This document shows positions 37,682 to 46,320 of a DNA stretch of 64,000 bases, one piece after another. Each line of letters starts with the position of its first letter. The stretch's first letter is position 1. Location: the IMG/VR virus record IMGVR_UViG_3300024344_000001. One strand, 5' to 3'. A model generated the notes under the pieces. The model had not been told where the DNA came from. It saw only the letters and a program-made list of their open reading frames with translations, and ran no database searches. Source of the stretch: a virus (lineage: Duplodnaviria > Heunggongvirae > Uroviricota > Caudoviricetes). The position numbers were made by a program, and so were the translations under genes.

Positions 37682-37942
37682 TTAGGAATTTAGTGCAAGC
37701 ACCTCATTCCGAATTTCTGTTTTTACCATTCTGATATTTTCTCGAAGAAATTGCTCAAGAGCTTCTTTCCTAGCCGCTACTCGAAGAAGCACTTCATATG
37801 TACTATCAGGCATTTCACCTTCGAGTTCTTCTATTCCGTCTATGATTTCCAGAACATCATATAAAGAAACCATATTACAACAATTTGTTGGAAGATCACC
37901 AGATCCACAAATGCATCCCTTTTGAACCATTATATCTCCCAC
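37682..37942 (-). CDS. hypothetical Cys-rich protein
   Basis: ORF. Confidence 0.35.
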   Translation of the reverse strand: MGDIMVQKGCICGSGDLPTNCCNMVSLYDVLEIIDGIEELEGEMPDSTYEVLLRVAARKEALEQFLRENIRMVKTEIRNEVLALNS

Positions 37943-38130
37943 CCTTCTCTATACCACAGGCGAAGGAAGAATTCTCCCTCACCAGTATGGTGAGTTTCCA
38001 CATTAACTGGAAGTAAGGGTCTTTCACCCTCATTGATGAACTTATTCATCTTCTCAACCAGTTGCTTCATGTTCTGACGATCCTTGTAACCGTCATCACG
38101 AACGAAGTCTTTGTATCCTACAGGTTTCAC
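37930..38130 (-). CDS. hypothetical protein
   Basis: ORF. Confidence 0.35.
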   Translation of the reverse strand: MKPVGYKDFVRDDGYKDRQNMKQLVEKMNKFINEGERPLLPVNVETHHTGEGEFFLRLWYREGWEI

Positions 38131-38147
38131 GTTGCGTTATCCTAAAG

Positions 38148-38218
38148 AGGTTCCACAGGGAATCGAACCCTGATCTCCTGATTACAAAACAGGAATAATA
38201 CCATTATACCACAGAACC
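38148..38218 (-). tRNA. tRNA-Thr (UGU), tentative
   Basis: T-arm caggg-aatcgaa-ccctg; loop codon ACA. Confidence 0.5.
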
Positions 38219-38222
38219 ATAA

Positions 38223-38426
38223 TTACCCGTTAGGGTTATAGTATTTCGGACTACCTTGAACTGCATAAGAGCAGACCGATCTACGTTTTTGATTGCCTTC
38301 CCAGACAATATCACATTGACTACAGTGGTGCTTGCATGAATGTGTCATACCATTATAGTCATTTCGTTTAGTTACGAACAATGTATCATTACACTTAGGG
38401 CAGATTGGTAATACTAAGTTGTTCAT
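38223..38426 (-). CDS. small Cys-rich (zinc-binding) protein
   Basis: CPKC..C..C..CSQC. Confidence 0.35.
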   Translation of the reverse strand: MNNLVLPICPKCNDTLFVTKRNDYNGMTHSCKHHCSQCDIVWEGNQKRRSVCSYAVQGSPKYYNPNG

Positions 38427-38746
38427 TTACTTGTTCCATCTGGATTGACTTCGGTGAATTCACCAATCGGATGACCGTATCCACCACACTCCAAACAGTC
38501 TTCTAGTCCCCTTGCATCATCACCCATAGGAACTAGCCCACTACCCTCACAAACATCACACCCTCGAATTCTAGTCATACTCGAACCCTCATAAGGATCT
38601 TCGTAAACTCTCAGCCAGACGTTCTTGAAGCCTGACTTGATATAGTGTATTGTAAAGGGGATTCATCCTCTGTCAAGACCCAATGTTCTTGTTTTTTCCA
38701 CCTCAGTGTCATTTCCGCCCCGTCACCACTGGCTATCGCCAGATTG

Positions 38747-38941
38747 CTAAAGATCCTCACCCATTGCCTGTTCCCAAGCATCATACAGTCTCTCTTCAAG
38801 ATCCTCTATTTTAGATTCCAGCTTATCAATCTTGGATTGTGCATGTTCATGCCTTACCCATTCACCTTCATCATCTGGTCTCGCAACGACACCAGCATGA
38901 GTATCCCAAAAAAGTGTATATCTTTTGTCTTCATAACTCAT
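38747..38941 (-). CDS. hypothetical acidic protein
   Basis: ORF. Confidence 0.35.
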   Translation of the reverse strand: MSYEDKRYTLFWDTHAGVVARPDDEGEWVRHEHAQSKIDKLESKIEDLEERLYDAWEQAMGEDL

Positions 38942-39183
38942 AATAGTGAGTATCTCCTAAGCAGTTTCCTCTTATCCCCATGCAGTGGCTGAGTAGCCAC
39001 CGCAGTGATCTCATCACTGAAGATATCATCCCGCCACACTACGAAATCAATTTCGTTATCGATCAGTTCCCTGATGACCTTTCGAAGTTTCGCCTCATTC
39101 TTTACCCGAAGGTAAACCAAAGATGGATGATTGTCCTCTTTGAATTTTCGTGCAGATTCTAATGCTGCATGACCGCCCTGCAC
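38938..39183 (-). CDS. Pth2-family peptidyl-tRNA hydrolase-like protein
   Basis: GGHAAL ~ Pth2 CSHAAL; VYLRVKNEAKL..VIREL..FVVWRDD ~ Pth2 VVLKV..EEL..ALIRDAG. Confidence 0.5.
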   Translation of the reverse strand: MQGGHAALESARKFKEDNHPSLVYLRVKNEAKLRKVIRELIDNEIDFVVWRDDIFSDEITAVATQPLHGDKRKLLRRYSLL

Positions 39184-39234
39184 AGCCTTCTGGGAGTCAG
39201 GGATATCATTCCGAACAAAGACATAGGTATGACC

Positions 39235-39669
39235 CTATGGATCGTTCAGTCTCTCACAAAATTTCTTTCCACGCCTGTTGACTTGTTTGTACTTGATCTT
39301 GAAGCTGGTTGATTCAATACCGCCGAACATTTCTGCATTCGCATGAAGTTCAGCTAGTGATGCAAGTAGTAGGGTTGAAAGTTGTTCGTTGGTCAGTGTT
39401 GACTCTTCAACATCTTTCGCTTTGCAGGTATGGAAGAACATATCGTTTCTGATAAGTTCACCAACCTCTTCACTACCACCATTCTCTAACCAGTAGTTCG
39501 CAGAAGCATTTACATGATCTGGATAATGGACTTTTTCTTCGTCATCATAGTATCTTACGAGGTGTTTACCGCAATCGTGATATACAGTATACTGCCTCAG
39601 TGTTTCAATGTCTGGTAAGTTTGAGACCAGTTGCGAGTGATACTCCAACAACCAATCCGGGATCTTCAT
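39235..39669 (-). CDS. HD-domain protein (putative phosphohydrolase)
   Basis: TVYHDCGKH ... HYPDH. Confidence 0.4.
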   Translation of the reverse strand: MKIPDWLLEYHSQLVSNLPDIETLRQYTVYHDCGKHLVRYYDDEEKVHYPDHVNASANYWLENGGSEEVGELIRNDMFFHTCKAKDVEESTLTNEQLSTLLLASLAELHANAEMFGGIESTSFKIKYKQVNRRGKKFCERLNDP

Positions 39670-39800
39670 CCCTTCCCAATCCCCACTTATGATTCTTTGC
39701 AGGTATTCCCAAACAAGTTCGCCGTGTTTCAGAAATTCGTCGTGAGTCTACAACATCAAAATTTTCCTTTGTAAAATTTCTCGAAAGTACTTAGTAACCA

Positions 39801-39873
39801 AGAAGACAATGGGACTCGAACCCATGACACACGAGGTTAGAACTCGCTGCTCTGCCAACTGAGCTATGTCTTC
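39801..39873 (-). tRNA. amber suppressor tRNA (anticodon CUA)
   Basis: Acceptor gaagaca/tgtcttc 7/7; T-arm atggg-actcgaa-cccat; D stem gctc/gagc; anticodon stem acgag/ctcgc; plus-strand loop gtTAGaa gives RNA loop UUCUAAC. Confidence 0.6.
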
Positions 39874-39892
39874 ATAACGGCGTTAGCCGAAG

Positions 39893-39968
39893 TAGCGACG
39901 GTGGGAGTCGAACCCACAAACAAATAGTTTTAAGCTATTCAGGTATACCGAGTTCCCGTCACGTCGCC
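39893..39968 (-). tRNA. tRNA, anticodon UAA (Leu-like) in a short-variable-arm scaffold
   Basis: T-arm gtggg-agtcgaa-cccac; anticodon stem aatag/ctatt, loop codon TTA. Confidence 0.45.
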
Positions 39969-40259
39969 ATATTTTTATCTAATTGAATAGTACATCCAAC
40001 TTCGGACGAAGTTTAGTATTCCATGTCCTAGAACACAAAAACCTAAAAAGTAGATAGAGTCTTCCATCATTCCACCATATTCTAAAATAGATTACCCTGA
40101 GAGTCTATCATTCCTTCATACCCACACCAATTACACTTTGCATGTACTGAACATCCGTCATCCCCAGTATATGTTCTTGTTCCATGCCATCCTATTTTAC
40201 ATATAATTCTCTTGAGAAGTTTGATCATGTATTGTTCTTTTTCGAGATCCTAGATTGAG

Positions 40260-40336
40260 TAGCGATAGTGGGGATCGAACCCACAAAACACCTATTTTTG
40301 AAACAGGTAGGTATGCCAAGTTCCACTCATATCGCC
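40260..40336 (-). tRNA. tRNA, anticodon CAA (Leu-like)
   Basis: T-arm gtggg-gatcgaa-cccac; anticodon stem cctat/acagg (wobble), loop codon TTG. Confidence 0.45.
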
Positions 40337-40339
40337 ATG

Positions 40340-40522
40340 CTATTCGTCATTCATAAACACTGGAGGCTTCCAACCTTTAGGGGCATTAGCCCAAGGTTCA
40401 CGATGCTTACTTGTAGCAGAGTTAACTCTACCACGCATTTCTCGGTTCTGTGAAGTGTGGTGTCTACCTTCTTCATGATTCTTACCACGAATTCTAAAAC
40501 CACAACTTGTATACCTAGCCAT
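40340..40522 (-). CDS. hypothetical basic protein
   Basis: ORF. Confidence 0.3.
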   Translation of the reverse strand: MARYTSCGFRIRGKNHEEGRHHTSQNREMRGRVNSATSKHREPWANAPKGWKPPVFMNDE

Positions 40523-40722
40523 TATTCTTCCTTTTTAACCCACTTAGAAACACTTGTCATTTCACTTGGAACACGCTCAACTACTTTCTTGTAACCAAGC
40601 TCGTGCATCTTTTGAATATGCTGTCTATTTGTCGCTTCAGAATAGCAACAACCACCAATCACCGTAGATGAAAAAACTAGAACAGCAGTTCCAAATACGC
40701 AAAACCATGAACCTTCAGTCAT
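40522..40722 (-). CDS. small membrane protein
   Basis: TM segment WFCVFGTAVLVFSSTVIGG. Confidence 0.35.
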   Translation of the reverse strand: MTEGSWFCVFGTAVLVFSSTVIGGCCYSEATNRQHIQKMHELGYKKVVERVPSEMTSVSKWVKKEE

Positions 40723-40757
40723 TTTACTATCCTTTTCCTAGTTGTCAAGCCTTAAAG

Positions 40758-40830
40758 TGGAACTATCTGGAGTTGAACCAGACCCCGCAGGACTTCAATC
40801 TTCTGTGCGTACCTCCTACACCATAGTTCC
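40758..40830 (-). tRNA. tRNA, isotype unresolved
   Basis: Acceptor ggaacta/tagttcc perfect; T-arm tctgg-agttgaa-ccaga. Confidence 0.5.
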
Positions 40831-40858
40831 AGTATTTTCGCGGTTTTAGTGTATAATA
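40830..40858 (+). promoter_or_regulatory. plus-strand promoter-like element (TGTATAAT) ahead of an HNH gene
   Basis: agtgtataat at 40850-40858; RBS ggag before the ATG at 40898. Confidence 0.35.
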
Positions 40859-40897
40859 TAATGAACTTCGAATCATTTCATCAACACGGAGACTACT

Positions 40898-41581
40898 ATG
40901 TCAAAAACCGCTATTTTGTGTGACTTTTGCAGCAAAACCTTTGAAAAAAGGAATGTTGATATTTCCAGAACAGTCAGTCACTTTTGTTCTAAAGAATGTT
41001 TTAAGAAGGGAAAACGTAAACGGATCATTACTAAGTGTGATTACTGTAGTAAAGATGTTGAAAAAGTACCGTCAGAGATTTCCGATCATAATTTTTGTAA
41101 TAAATCTTGTTCTGCCTCTTATAATAATTCAGTATCCCCTAAGAGGGAGAAAGGGGTTCATTATGAAAATGATAATAATGGAAATACATATAAGGTAAAA
41201 AGACGAGAAAAGAAATGTATGACTTGTATGCGATCTATGAGTCATAAACATAAGAAATTTTGCTCTCATTCCTGTTATAGTCAAGATAGGCGAAATAAGG
41301 CATTAGCACAAATTAAATCTTCTGGACTACTTACCAATAATAATACACATAGATGTTCACCTTCTATGAAGTCTTGTCTAGCCGAACTAAATGGCTCAAA
41401 CTGTTCTATCTGTAACCAAGAACCATTTTGGAATGGTAAACCAATGATAATGATTTTAGATCATATCAATGGTATTTCGAACGACTGGCGTTTAGAAAAC
41501 GTGAGACTTGTTTGTCCTAACTGTGATACACAGCTTGATACCTTTAAGTCCCGTAATAAAAACGGTAATCGTCCAAGATAA
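40898..41581 (+). CDS. HNH-family homing endonuclease with multiple zinc ribbons
   Basis: Repeated CxxC..C..C modules; C-terminal CSICN...DHINGISND..CPNCD. Confidence 0.6.
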   Translation: MSKTAILCDFCSKTFEKRNVDISRTVSHFCSKECFKKGKRKRIITKCDYCSKDVEKVPSEISDHNFCNKSCSASYNNSVSPKREKGVHYENDNNGNTYKVKRREKKCMTCMRSMSHKHKKFCSHSCYSQDRRNKALAQIKSSGLLTNNNTHRCSPSMKSCLAELNGSNCSICNQEPFWNGKPMIMILDHINGISNDWRLENVRLVCPNCDTQLDTFKSRNKNGNRPR

Positions 41582-41582
41582 G

Positions 41583-41655
41583 CACCACCTACGAGATTCG
41601 AACTCGCAACGACTACTTCGACAGAGTAGTATCCCTCCCAGGGGGTCCAGATGGT
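41583..41655 (-). tRNA. tRNA-Asp (GUC)
   Basis: T-arm acgag-attcgaa-ctcgc; anticodon stem ctact/agtag, loop codon GAC. Confidence 0.55.
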
Positions 41656-41905
41656 ATGTTGTATGTACGAAAGTGGGTAGGATTACCAGTATAAGCTATT
41701 ACGCCCCTTGCAGCAGGGTTAATATACTGACCTACATCATCCGATTAGTCAGATCGAATGGAAGAGTGACTAATTCTTCTTCTGCCCCTAAACACTTCGA
41801 TAGGTCTTACTAATTGCCTGTCTTACGCACCAAGACTAACTAACTGCTTGACACTTGTATAAAGGAACAGTGCTCTTTTCAGCCACCACTTTGTAATAAG
41901 CACCC

Positions 41906-41990
41906 CAGGGAGGATTCGAACCTCCACCCCCCGACTAAGGGGAGACTCTTAGTTAACAGCTAAGTACAATACCATTCTGTCACCGAGGTA
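41906..41990 (-). tRNA. tRNA-like, unresolved
   Basis: T-arm ggagg-attcgaa-cctcc; no clean acceptor pairing found. Confidence 0.3.
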
Positions 41991-42090
41991 TATCCCAGTT
42001 CTTTATGCGACTTCTGGAAAAGTCGTAGCACACCACCGAGGTTACGATCCCCGTTCTTCTGGTTTGGAATCAGATGTTCTTCCGATTGAA

Positions 42091-42501
42091 CTAGTGGCGT
42101 TCATTGTAGTGATGCTTAAAGTGGCAGTTTGCACACAATACATCACACTTATCTATTTCTTCTAAGATTCGCTTCTTCCCCCAACCACTTTGCATCGCTG
42201 ATGAAATTGCTAGATCTTTTTGGGATGGATCTCTATGATGAAACTGAAGACATGCTGGATGATTTTCTGGGCAGTTTTTACATTTTAACCCAGACTTTAA
42301 GTTCTCAAACCAGTCTTTCATTTCAATTTTACGTTTTGCCGCATTCTGAATATAAACTGATTTAGTTGCCTCATAATGCTTTTTTGTACCAGCAGCCTGA
42401 CAAGTCTTGCAATAATATTGGAAACCGTCCTTCTTAGTCTTATTTTTGTTGAATTGAGAAGTGAGCTTCACTTCTTTACATCTTGAACACTGCTTTGGCA
42501 T
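42091..42501 (-). CDS. HNH homing endonuclease
   Basis: CSRC..CKTC; CKNCPENHPACLQFHHRDP...CANCH. Confidence 0.7.
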   Translation of the reverse strand: MPKQCSRCKEVKLTSQFNKNKTKKDGFQYYCKTCQAAGTKKHYEATKSVYIQNAAKRKIEMKDWFENLKSGLKCKNCPENHPACLQFHHRDPSQKDLAISSAMQSGWGKKRILEEIDKCDVLCANCHFKHHYNERH

Positions 42502-42510
42502 AGTGTGTGG

Positions 42511-42576
42511 GCCGCTGTAAGGGATTTGAACCCCTATCTCCTCGTGTACCAGGGATCTTGTTTAGACGAACAGCGG
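42511..42576 (-). tRNA. tRNA, isotype unresolved
   Basis: Acceptor ccgctgt/acagcgg perfect; T-arm aaggg-atttgaa-cccct. Confidence 0.4.
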
Positions 42577-42602
42577 ATAATCGAGAAGTCAAAGACTTCG
42601 AG

Positions 42603-42695
42603 TGGCCGAGGCGGGAATCGAACCCACATCCCTGTTTCCAGGGGGTAGCTTATGAGACTACTAAGGAAAGCCATTATCCTCATCACGGCGGCATT
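42603..42695 (-). tRNA. tRNA-like, long, unresolved
   Basis: T-arm gcggg-aatcgaa-cccac; internal hairpins; end coordinate approximate. Confidence 0.3.
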
Positions 42696-42867
42696 AAAAA
42701 ACGGGTAGGAATCCTATAAGGTAGTCAACATGGATGTACGGTCCACTATTCTACTGCCAGTCACCTACTACTTTACTATGCAGCTTTCTCTTGTAAAGAG
42801 TAGCACTCTCAGAAGGTCGTTCGACCCTTGCACGTCTTGTTCTATTGTAACAGCGATTCGCTCACTG

Positions 42868-43116
42868 TCAAGGGTTTACTGGGTATTTTTCATCAGATTC
42901 GATGAATCTTTTCGCCAAACCCACAACTTCCCTTTGTGACATTCCCGCAAACGGCCCCTTAATAAATATCTGAGTTAGAGAGTCGTTGTTCTTATATTTG
43001 TCTAGAATGAACTCTGCCCATTCTAAAGTTTTATCTGTTAGATCTGACATTATCTTTTCCAAGTGGGCGAGGTGGGACTCGAACCCACGTACTCTTCCGT
43101 GTAAAAGAAGCTCCAT
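42868..43116 (-). CDS. hypothetical protein
   Basis: ORF. Confidence 0.35.
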   Translation of the reverse strand: MELLLHGRVRGFESHLAHLEKIMSDLTDKTLEWAEFILDKYKNNDSLTQIFIKGPFAGMSQREVVGLAKRFIESDEKYPVNP

Positions 43117-43138
43117 AGCCGCTAGGATCTACACGCCC
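43064..43138 (-). tRNA. tRNA-Val (UAC), tentative
   Basis: T-arm gtggg-actcgaa-cccac; anticodon stem cttcc/agaag, loop codon GTA. Confidence 0.45.
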
Positions 43139-43163
43139 GTATTTATCTAACTTTCGTTAGAAA

Positions 43164-43238
43164 GTAGCTAATGCAGGAGTCGAACCTGTAAAGCACTGAC
43201 TTATGAAATCAGTTGAATAACCCTATTCGCCACTAGCT
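43164..43238 (-). tRNA. tRNA-Met/Ile (CAU)
   Basis: Acceptor agctaat/actagct; anticodon stem ctgac/atcag, loop codon ATG. Confidence 0.55.
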
Positions 43239-43265
43239 ATGTGAACAGCGTTAGCCGTTATGTGG

Positions 43266-43334
43266 TGCCGGGGGTAGGACTTGAACCTACAACCTCTCCT
43301 CGAAGGGGAGTGCTCTAATTGGAGCTACCCCGGC
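43266..43334 (-). tRNA. tRNA-Arg (UCG), tentative
   Basis: Acceptor gccgggg/ccccggc perfect; T-arm gtagg-acttgaa-cctac; loop codon CGA. Confidence 0.45.
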
Positions 43335-43352
43335 ATATATTACTCTACTACT

Positions 43353-43380
43353 ATTATACACGACATTTGGCTTTTGTCAA
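43353..43380 (-). promoter_or_regulatory. sigma70 consensus promoter (TTGACA-N16-TGTGTATAAT)
   Basis: rc: cttgacaaaagccaaatgtcgtgtataatag. Confidence 0.65.
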
Positions 43381-43423
43381 GCGATTTTTCGCCGGTTTTC
43401 GCAAATTTCCGTCGTTCAGCGAC

Positions 43424-43684
43424 TTATTTGCTCAGTTGCTCGAAATTATCCAGTTCGTCGTGCAATTCTGAAACTTCTTGTTCCAGTTCTTCTACTCTGT
43501 CTTCTAGTTCGTAACAGCGATCTTCCTGGTACTCATACTGACGCTGAGCATCCTCAAGATCATACTCCATATCCTGGAGTGCATCCTCAAGTTCATCTAC
43601 TTGACTTTTAAGGTCAGCAATAGTCTTAAGGTGTTCTGGTTCTCTAAGTTCTGGATAATCTGGATAATCTGGTTCAAATGCCAT
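43424..43684 (-). CDS. acidic coiled-coil protein
   Basis: Repetitive Glu/Leu/Asp heptads. Confidence 0.4.
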   Translation of the reverse strand: MAFEPDYPDYPELREPEHLKTIADLKSQVDELEDALQDMEYDLEDAQRQYEYQEDRCYELEDRVEELEQEVSELHDELDNFEQLSK

Positions 43685-43946
43685 CGCCGTCTACCCCTTC
43701 ATAATTGATATCAGCCAAGTCCACGTACTCAATACCGTTCTCTATGCTTCTCAGAGATCCTGCCACGGGCTTAAAATCTCTATGAAGTTCTGCTTCATCA
43801 CGCCATATCCAACTGGCAGCATTATTCTCATAGCCATCATCAAGACACTTAAGTGCGGCCCATAAGTGGGGACCGTAGTATGATCGCGTAGGAGTACCTT
43901 CAGGTATCTTAGCTTCTGTTATCCACTGGTAGTTCTTAGCAACCAT
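43674..43946 (-). CDS. hypothetical protein
   Basis: ORF. Confidence 0.4.
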   Translation of the reverse strand: MVAKNYQWITEAKIPEGTPTRSYYGPHLWAALKCLDDGYENNAASWIWRDEAELHRDFKPVAGSLRSIENGIEYVDLADINYEGVDGDGI

Positions 43947-43949
43947 TAC

Positions 43950-44165
43950 TTATCCTTCTCTCAGGTAAACATAAACCGAATCTCTAAAGACCGTATCTGA
44001 TAGTCCCCATGAATATGCTGTGCCTATCATGTCGTCTGGTAACGAGAGAAAGATGTCTCTTAGTTCGTCGTCCGTATGTGAAACCTGATTGACCTCATAT
44101 ACACAGTCATGAAAAGAGCCTACGTCATGCTTGAGTTTTTTCCAAATTAACTCTTTATCTGTCAT
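43950..44165 (-). CDS. hypothetical protein
   Basis: ORF. Confidence 0.35.
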   Translation of the reverse strand: MTDKELIWKKLKHDVGSFHDCVYEVNQVSHTDDELRDIFLSLPDDMIGTAYSWGLSDTVFRDSVYVYLREG

Positions 44166-44170
44166 TGAAG

Positions 44171-44241
44171 TACCCTCACCAGGACTCGAACCCGGAATGT
44201 CACGTTAAGAGCGTGAGTGTTACCCGTTACACCATGAAGGC
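44171..44241 (-). tRNA. tRNA-Lys (CUU)
   Basis: Anticodon stem tcacg/cgtga perfect, loop codon AAG. Confidence 0.55.
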
Positions 44242-44340
44242 ATGTCGCCCATATGGGCGTTATTTTAGTGAATCATTCATCTTAGCCAAGTGTTATTAGC
44301 ATTCCTACAAGCCAAATCATTAAGTATATCATACTGAAAG

Positions 44341-44412
44341 TACCCCCACGAGGACTCGAACCCCGTCCGAAATGTTAAAAGCATCATGTGCTACCCGTTA
44401 CACCATGAGGGC
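44341..44412 (-). tRNA. tRNA-Lys (UUU)
   Basis: T-arm cgagg-actcgaa-ccccg; loop codon AAA. Confidence 0.5.
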
Positions 44413-44899
44413 GTCGTTTATGTACCATCCACTTGGGATCGTACTCTTCCTCACAGGGAAGAAGACCCTCAGTGTTTAGCTTTCCAGCATGAATCTTTCG
44501 GTGACAGTTTGTACATACTACTACACATTTATTGATTTCGTCAATCATCCTTTGATAGTTTTTGTGGGCTGCGAGCCAAGATACTTCTTTGTCTTTATCT
44601 GATGGGTCAAGATGATGGAAGTCTAAGCAACAAGGATCTTTCTCTGGACACTTTTGACATCCATGTTTATCTTTTATTGTATTACAGATTTCATACATCG
44701 CCCTTTTCTTTTCTAGGGCCTGTTGTTTTAATTCAGCTTTACGCTCTGGGGTTTGTCTTCTGTATGCGGCCTTAGCTTTCTCAATAGAGCATGTTTTGCA
44801 ATACGAATGCCTACCGTCTTTACTAGATTTCTTACCGTCTTTGTGAAAGTCGTCCAACGACTTCGTCTCTCCGCAATTGCGGCACTGTTTAGTCTTCAT
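44384..44899 (-). CDS. HNH homing endonuclease
   Basis: CRNCGE..CKTC; CQKCPEKDPCCLDFHHLDP..CTNCHRKIH; overlaps the 3' end of tRNA-Lys by ~28 nt. Confidence 0.65.
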   Translation of the reverse strand: MKTKQCRNCGETKSLDDFHKDGKKSSKDGRHSYCKTCSIEKAKAAYRRQTPERKAELKQQALEKKRAMYEICNTIKDKHGCQKCPEKDPCCLDFHHLDPSDKDKEVSWLAAHKNYQRMIDEINKCVVVCTNCHRKIHAGKLNTEGLLPCEEEYDPKWMVHKRRPHGVTGST

Positions 44900-44915
44900 A
44901 GCTCACCTCCAGTGT

Positions 44916-44945
44916 ATTATACACCAGTAACGGTTAAAATCAGAC
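44916..44945 (-). promoter_or_regulatory. promoter-like TGTGTATAAT upstream of the HNH gene
   Basis: rc gtgtataatac; weak -35. Confidence 0.4.
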
Positions 44946-44994
44946 TAAAATCTTTAATCTTTTTCCATTTTGCGGAAAATTGTTGCCCGAAGGG

Positions 44995-45288
44995 CTATAG
45001 TCCTAACTCGTCCAGTTTTTTCAAAACTAAGCAAAAAGCGAAATCGTGACCAGCACTGGTAGCTCCATCAATCCTATCATTCAGCCAATCTCTCAGATCT
45101 TGGATCTGTAGTCCCTTAGTTGCCCTAATACGCTCATTCTCTTCAGCAAAGGACAAACGATTGCGATTTTCAGGACAGTAGATATACTCTTTATGTGGGA
45201 TATCATTATTTCCGGTCTCTTCCCACCATACGGTATAGAAACCGTCTTTATCCCAATATACTGCACTGTCCCTACTGTGTTGATCCAT
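44995..45288 (-). CDS. hypothetical protein
   Basis: ORF. Confidence 0.4.
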   Translation of the reverse strand: MDQHSRDSAVYWDKDGFYTVWWEETGNNDIPHKEYIYCPENRNRLSFAEENERIRATKGLQIQDLRDWLNDRIDGATSAGHDFAFCLVLKKLDELGL

Positions 45289-45359
45289 TTCGGTTCCCTA
45301 GTCTTCACCAAAGATTGCTTTTCCTAGTAACCAAATAGGCTTCACGTTCGTTCCTCACG

Positions 45360-45605
45360 CTATCCTGAATGAGCCGCCTTGTAACCATGAAAGTATGCGT
45401 CTGCATAATAGTTGTCAATAGTCCATTCTCTTGGAATCTCATGAATACATGTTCTGTACCCATCACCAGCAACACCCCAGTCTACAAATTATTCATAGAC
45501 AATAACAGGGAATTTTGTTTTGTCCAATTCTTGTATATCAGTAAGCGGACCTCCGTAAAAGTCCTTACTGATTTCGTATTCTTCTAAGTCCCAAACGATT
45601 TTCAT
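45360..45605 (-). CDS. small ORF interrupted by an in-frame TAA (38 aa + 42 aa in one frame)
   Basis: MKIVWDLEEYEISKDFYGGPLTDIQELDKTKFPVIVYE*FVDWGVAGDGYRTCIHEIPREWTIDNYYADAYFHGYKAAHSG*; the downstream part has no start codon. Confidence 0.3.
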
Positions 45606-45610
45606 GAGAG

Positions 45611-45682
45611 TGCTCCAGCACGGAATCGAACCGAGATTTCTTCGTTGGCAACGAAACGTAATAGCCATTATACCACAAGAGC
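45611..45682 (-). tRNA. tRNA-Gly (GCC)
   Basis: Anticodon stem cttcg/cgaaa, loop codon GGC. Confidence 0.5.
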
Positions 45683-45689
45683 ATGTAAA

Positions 45690-45761
45690 ATCCGCAACCG
45701 AGAATCGAACTCGGATCTCTTCTCTACCAAAGAAGTGTCATACCATTAGAACCATCGCGGA
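45690..45761 (-). tRNA. tRNA-Thr (GGU)
   Basis: T-arm ccgag-aatcgaa-ctcgg; anticodon stem cttct/agaag perfect, loop codon ACC. Confidence 0.55.
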
Positions 45762-45811
45762 GTGTCGTGGTGACTATCACCACTCACAAAATTGTAGTTG
45801 GCGGCACCTCT

Positions 45812-45894
45812 ACCAAGGAATTATGGAATCGAACCTACCGCCGTATGAAGCAACCCGCCACCCAGCACTAGCTATATTGCTTGGATATTGGAAT
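45812..45894 (-). tRNA. tRNA-like, atypical T region, unresolved
   Basis: Acceptor ccaagga/tgcttgg; ggaatcgaacc present with an irregular stem. Confidence 0.35.
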
Positions 45895-46016
45895 ACTTCA
45901 TACTGTTTTATGGCGGTCGCTAAACCGCCCGCTAGTCAGAGGCTTTACCCGCTGTCCTCTGTATCTGCTCGTACCTATCGGGACTAGACGTTAGCACATC
46001 CTAGCTTAAACATGAG

Positions 46017-46085
46017 TGGACCTGTAGGTACTCGAAACCTAAAAACTTCCGTGCAAGGGAAGTTCCTACCCCTGTAGACAAGCCC
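46017..46085 (-). tRNA. tRNA-Ala (UGC), tentative
   Basis: T-arm taggt-actcgaa-accta; anticodon stem cttcc/ggaag perfect, loop codon GCA. Confidence 0.5.
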
Positions 46086-46248
46086 TATAGAAGTATAACC
46101 TTGTTGGCGTTTCTGCTCAATCTAGTTGCAAAGTCAGTGACTTCTTTCTTTAAGAGTGCAGAGCAGCGACTTTCTAGGAGTAAGGTCGCAGTATACCTAG
46201 AACTAACCTTTTATGATACACTGTATACTGAGTAACCCAACCAGGCTG

Positions 46249-46320
46249 TTCATAGAGACGGGACTCGAACCCGACATTACTCTGATTTCTGTATGTTTCT
46301 TATAACTATTCTCTCATTCC
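46249..46320 (-). pseudogene. tRNA-like fragment (T-arm acggg-actcgaa-cccga) without a convincing 5' half
   Basis: No complementary acceptor found. Confidence 0.25.

Noticed and set aside
42020-42100. tRNA-like ggaatc/gattgaa segments downstream of the HNH gene
   Set aside because: No T-arm/acceptor pairing could be built on either strand
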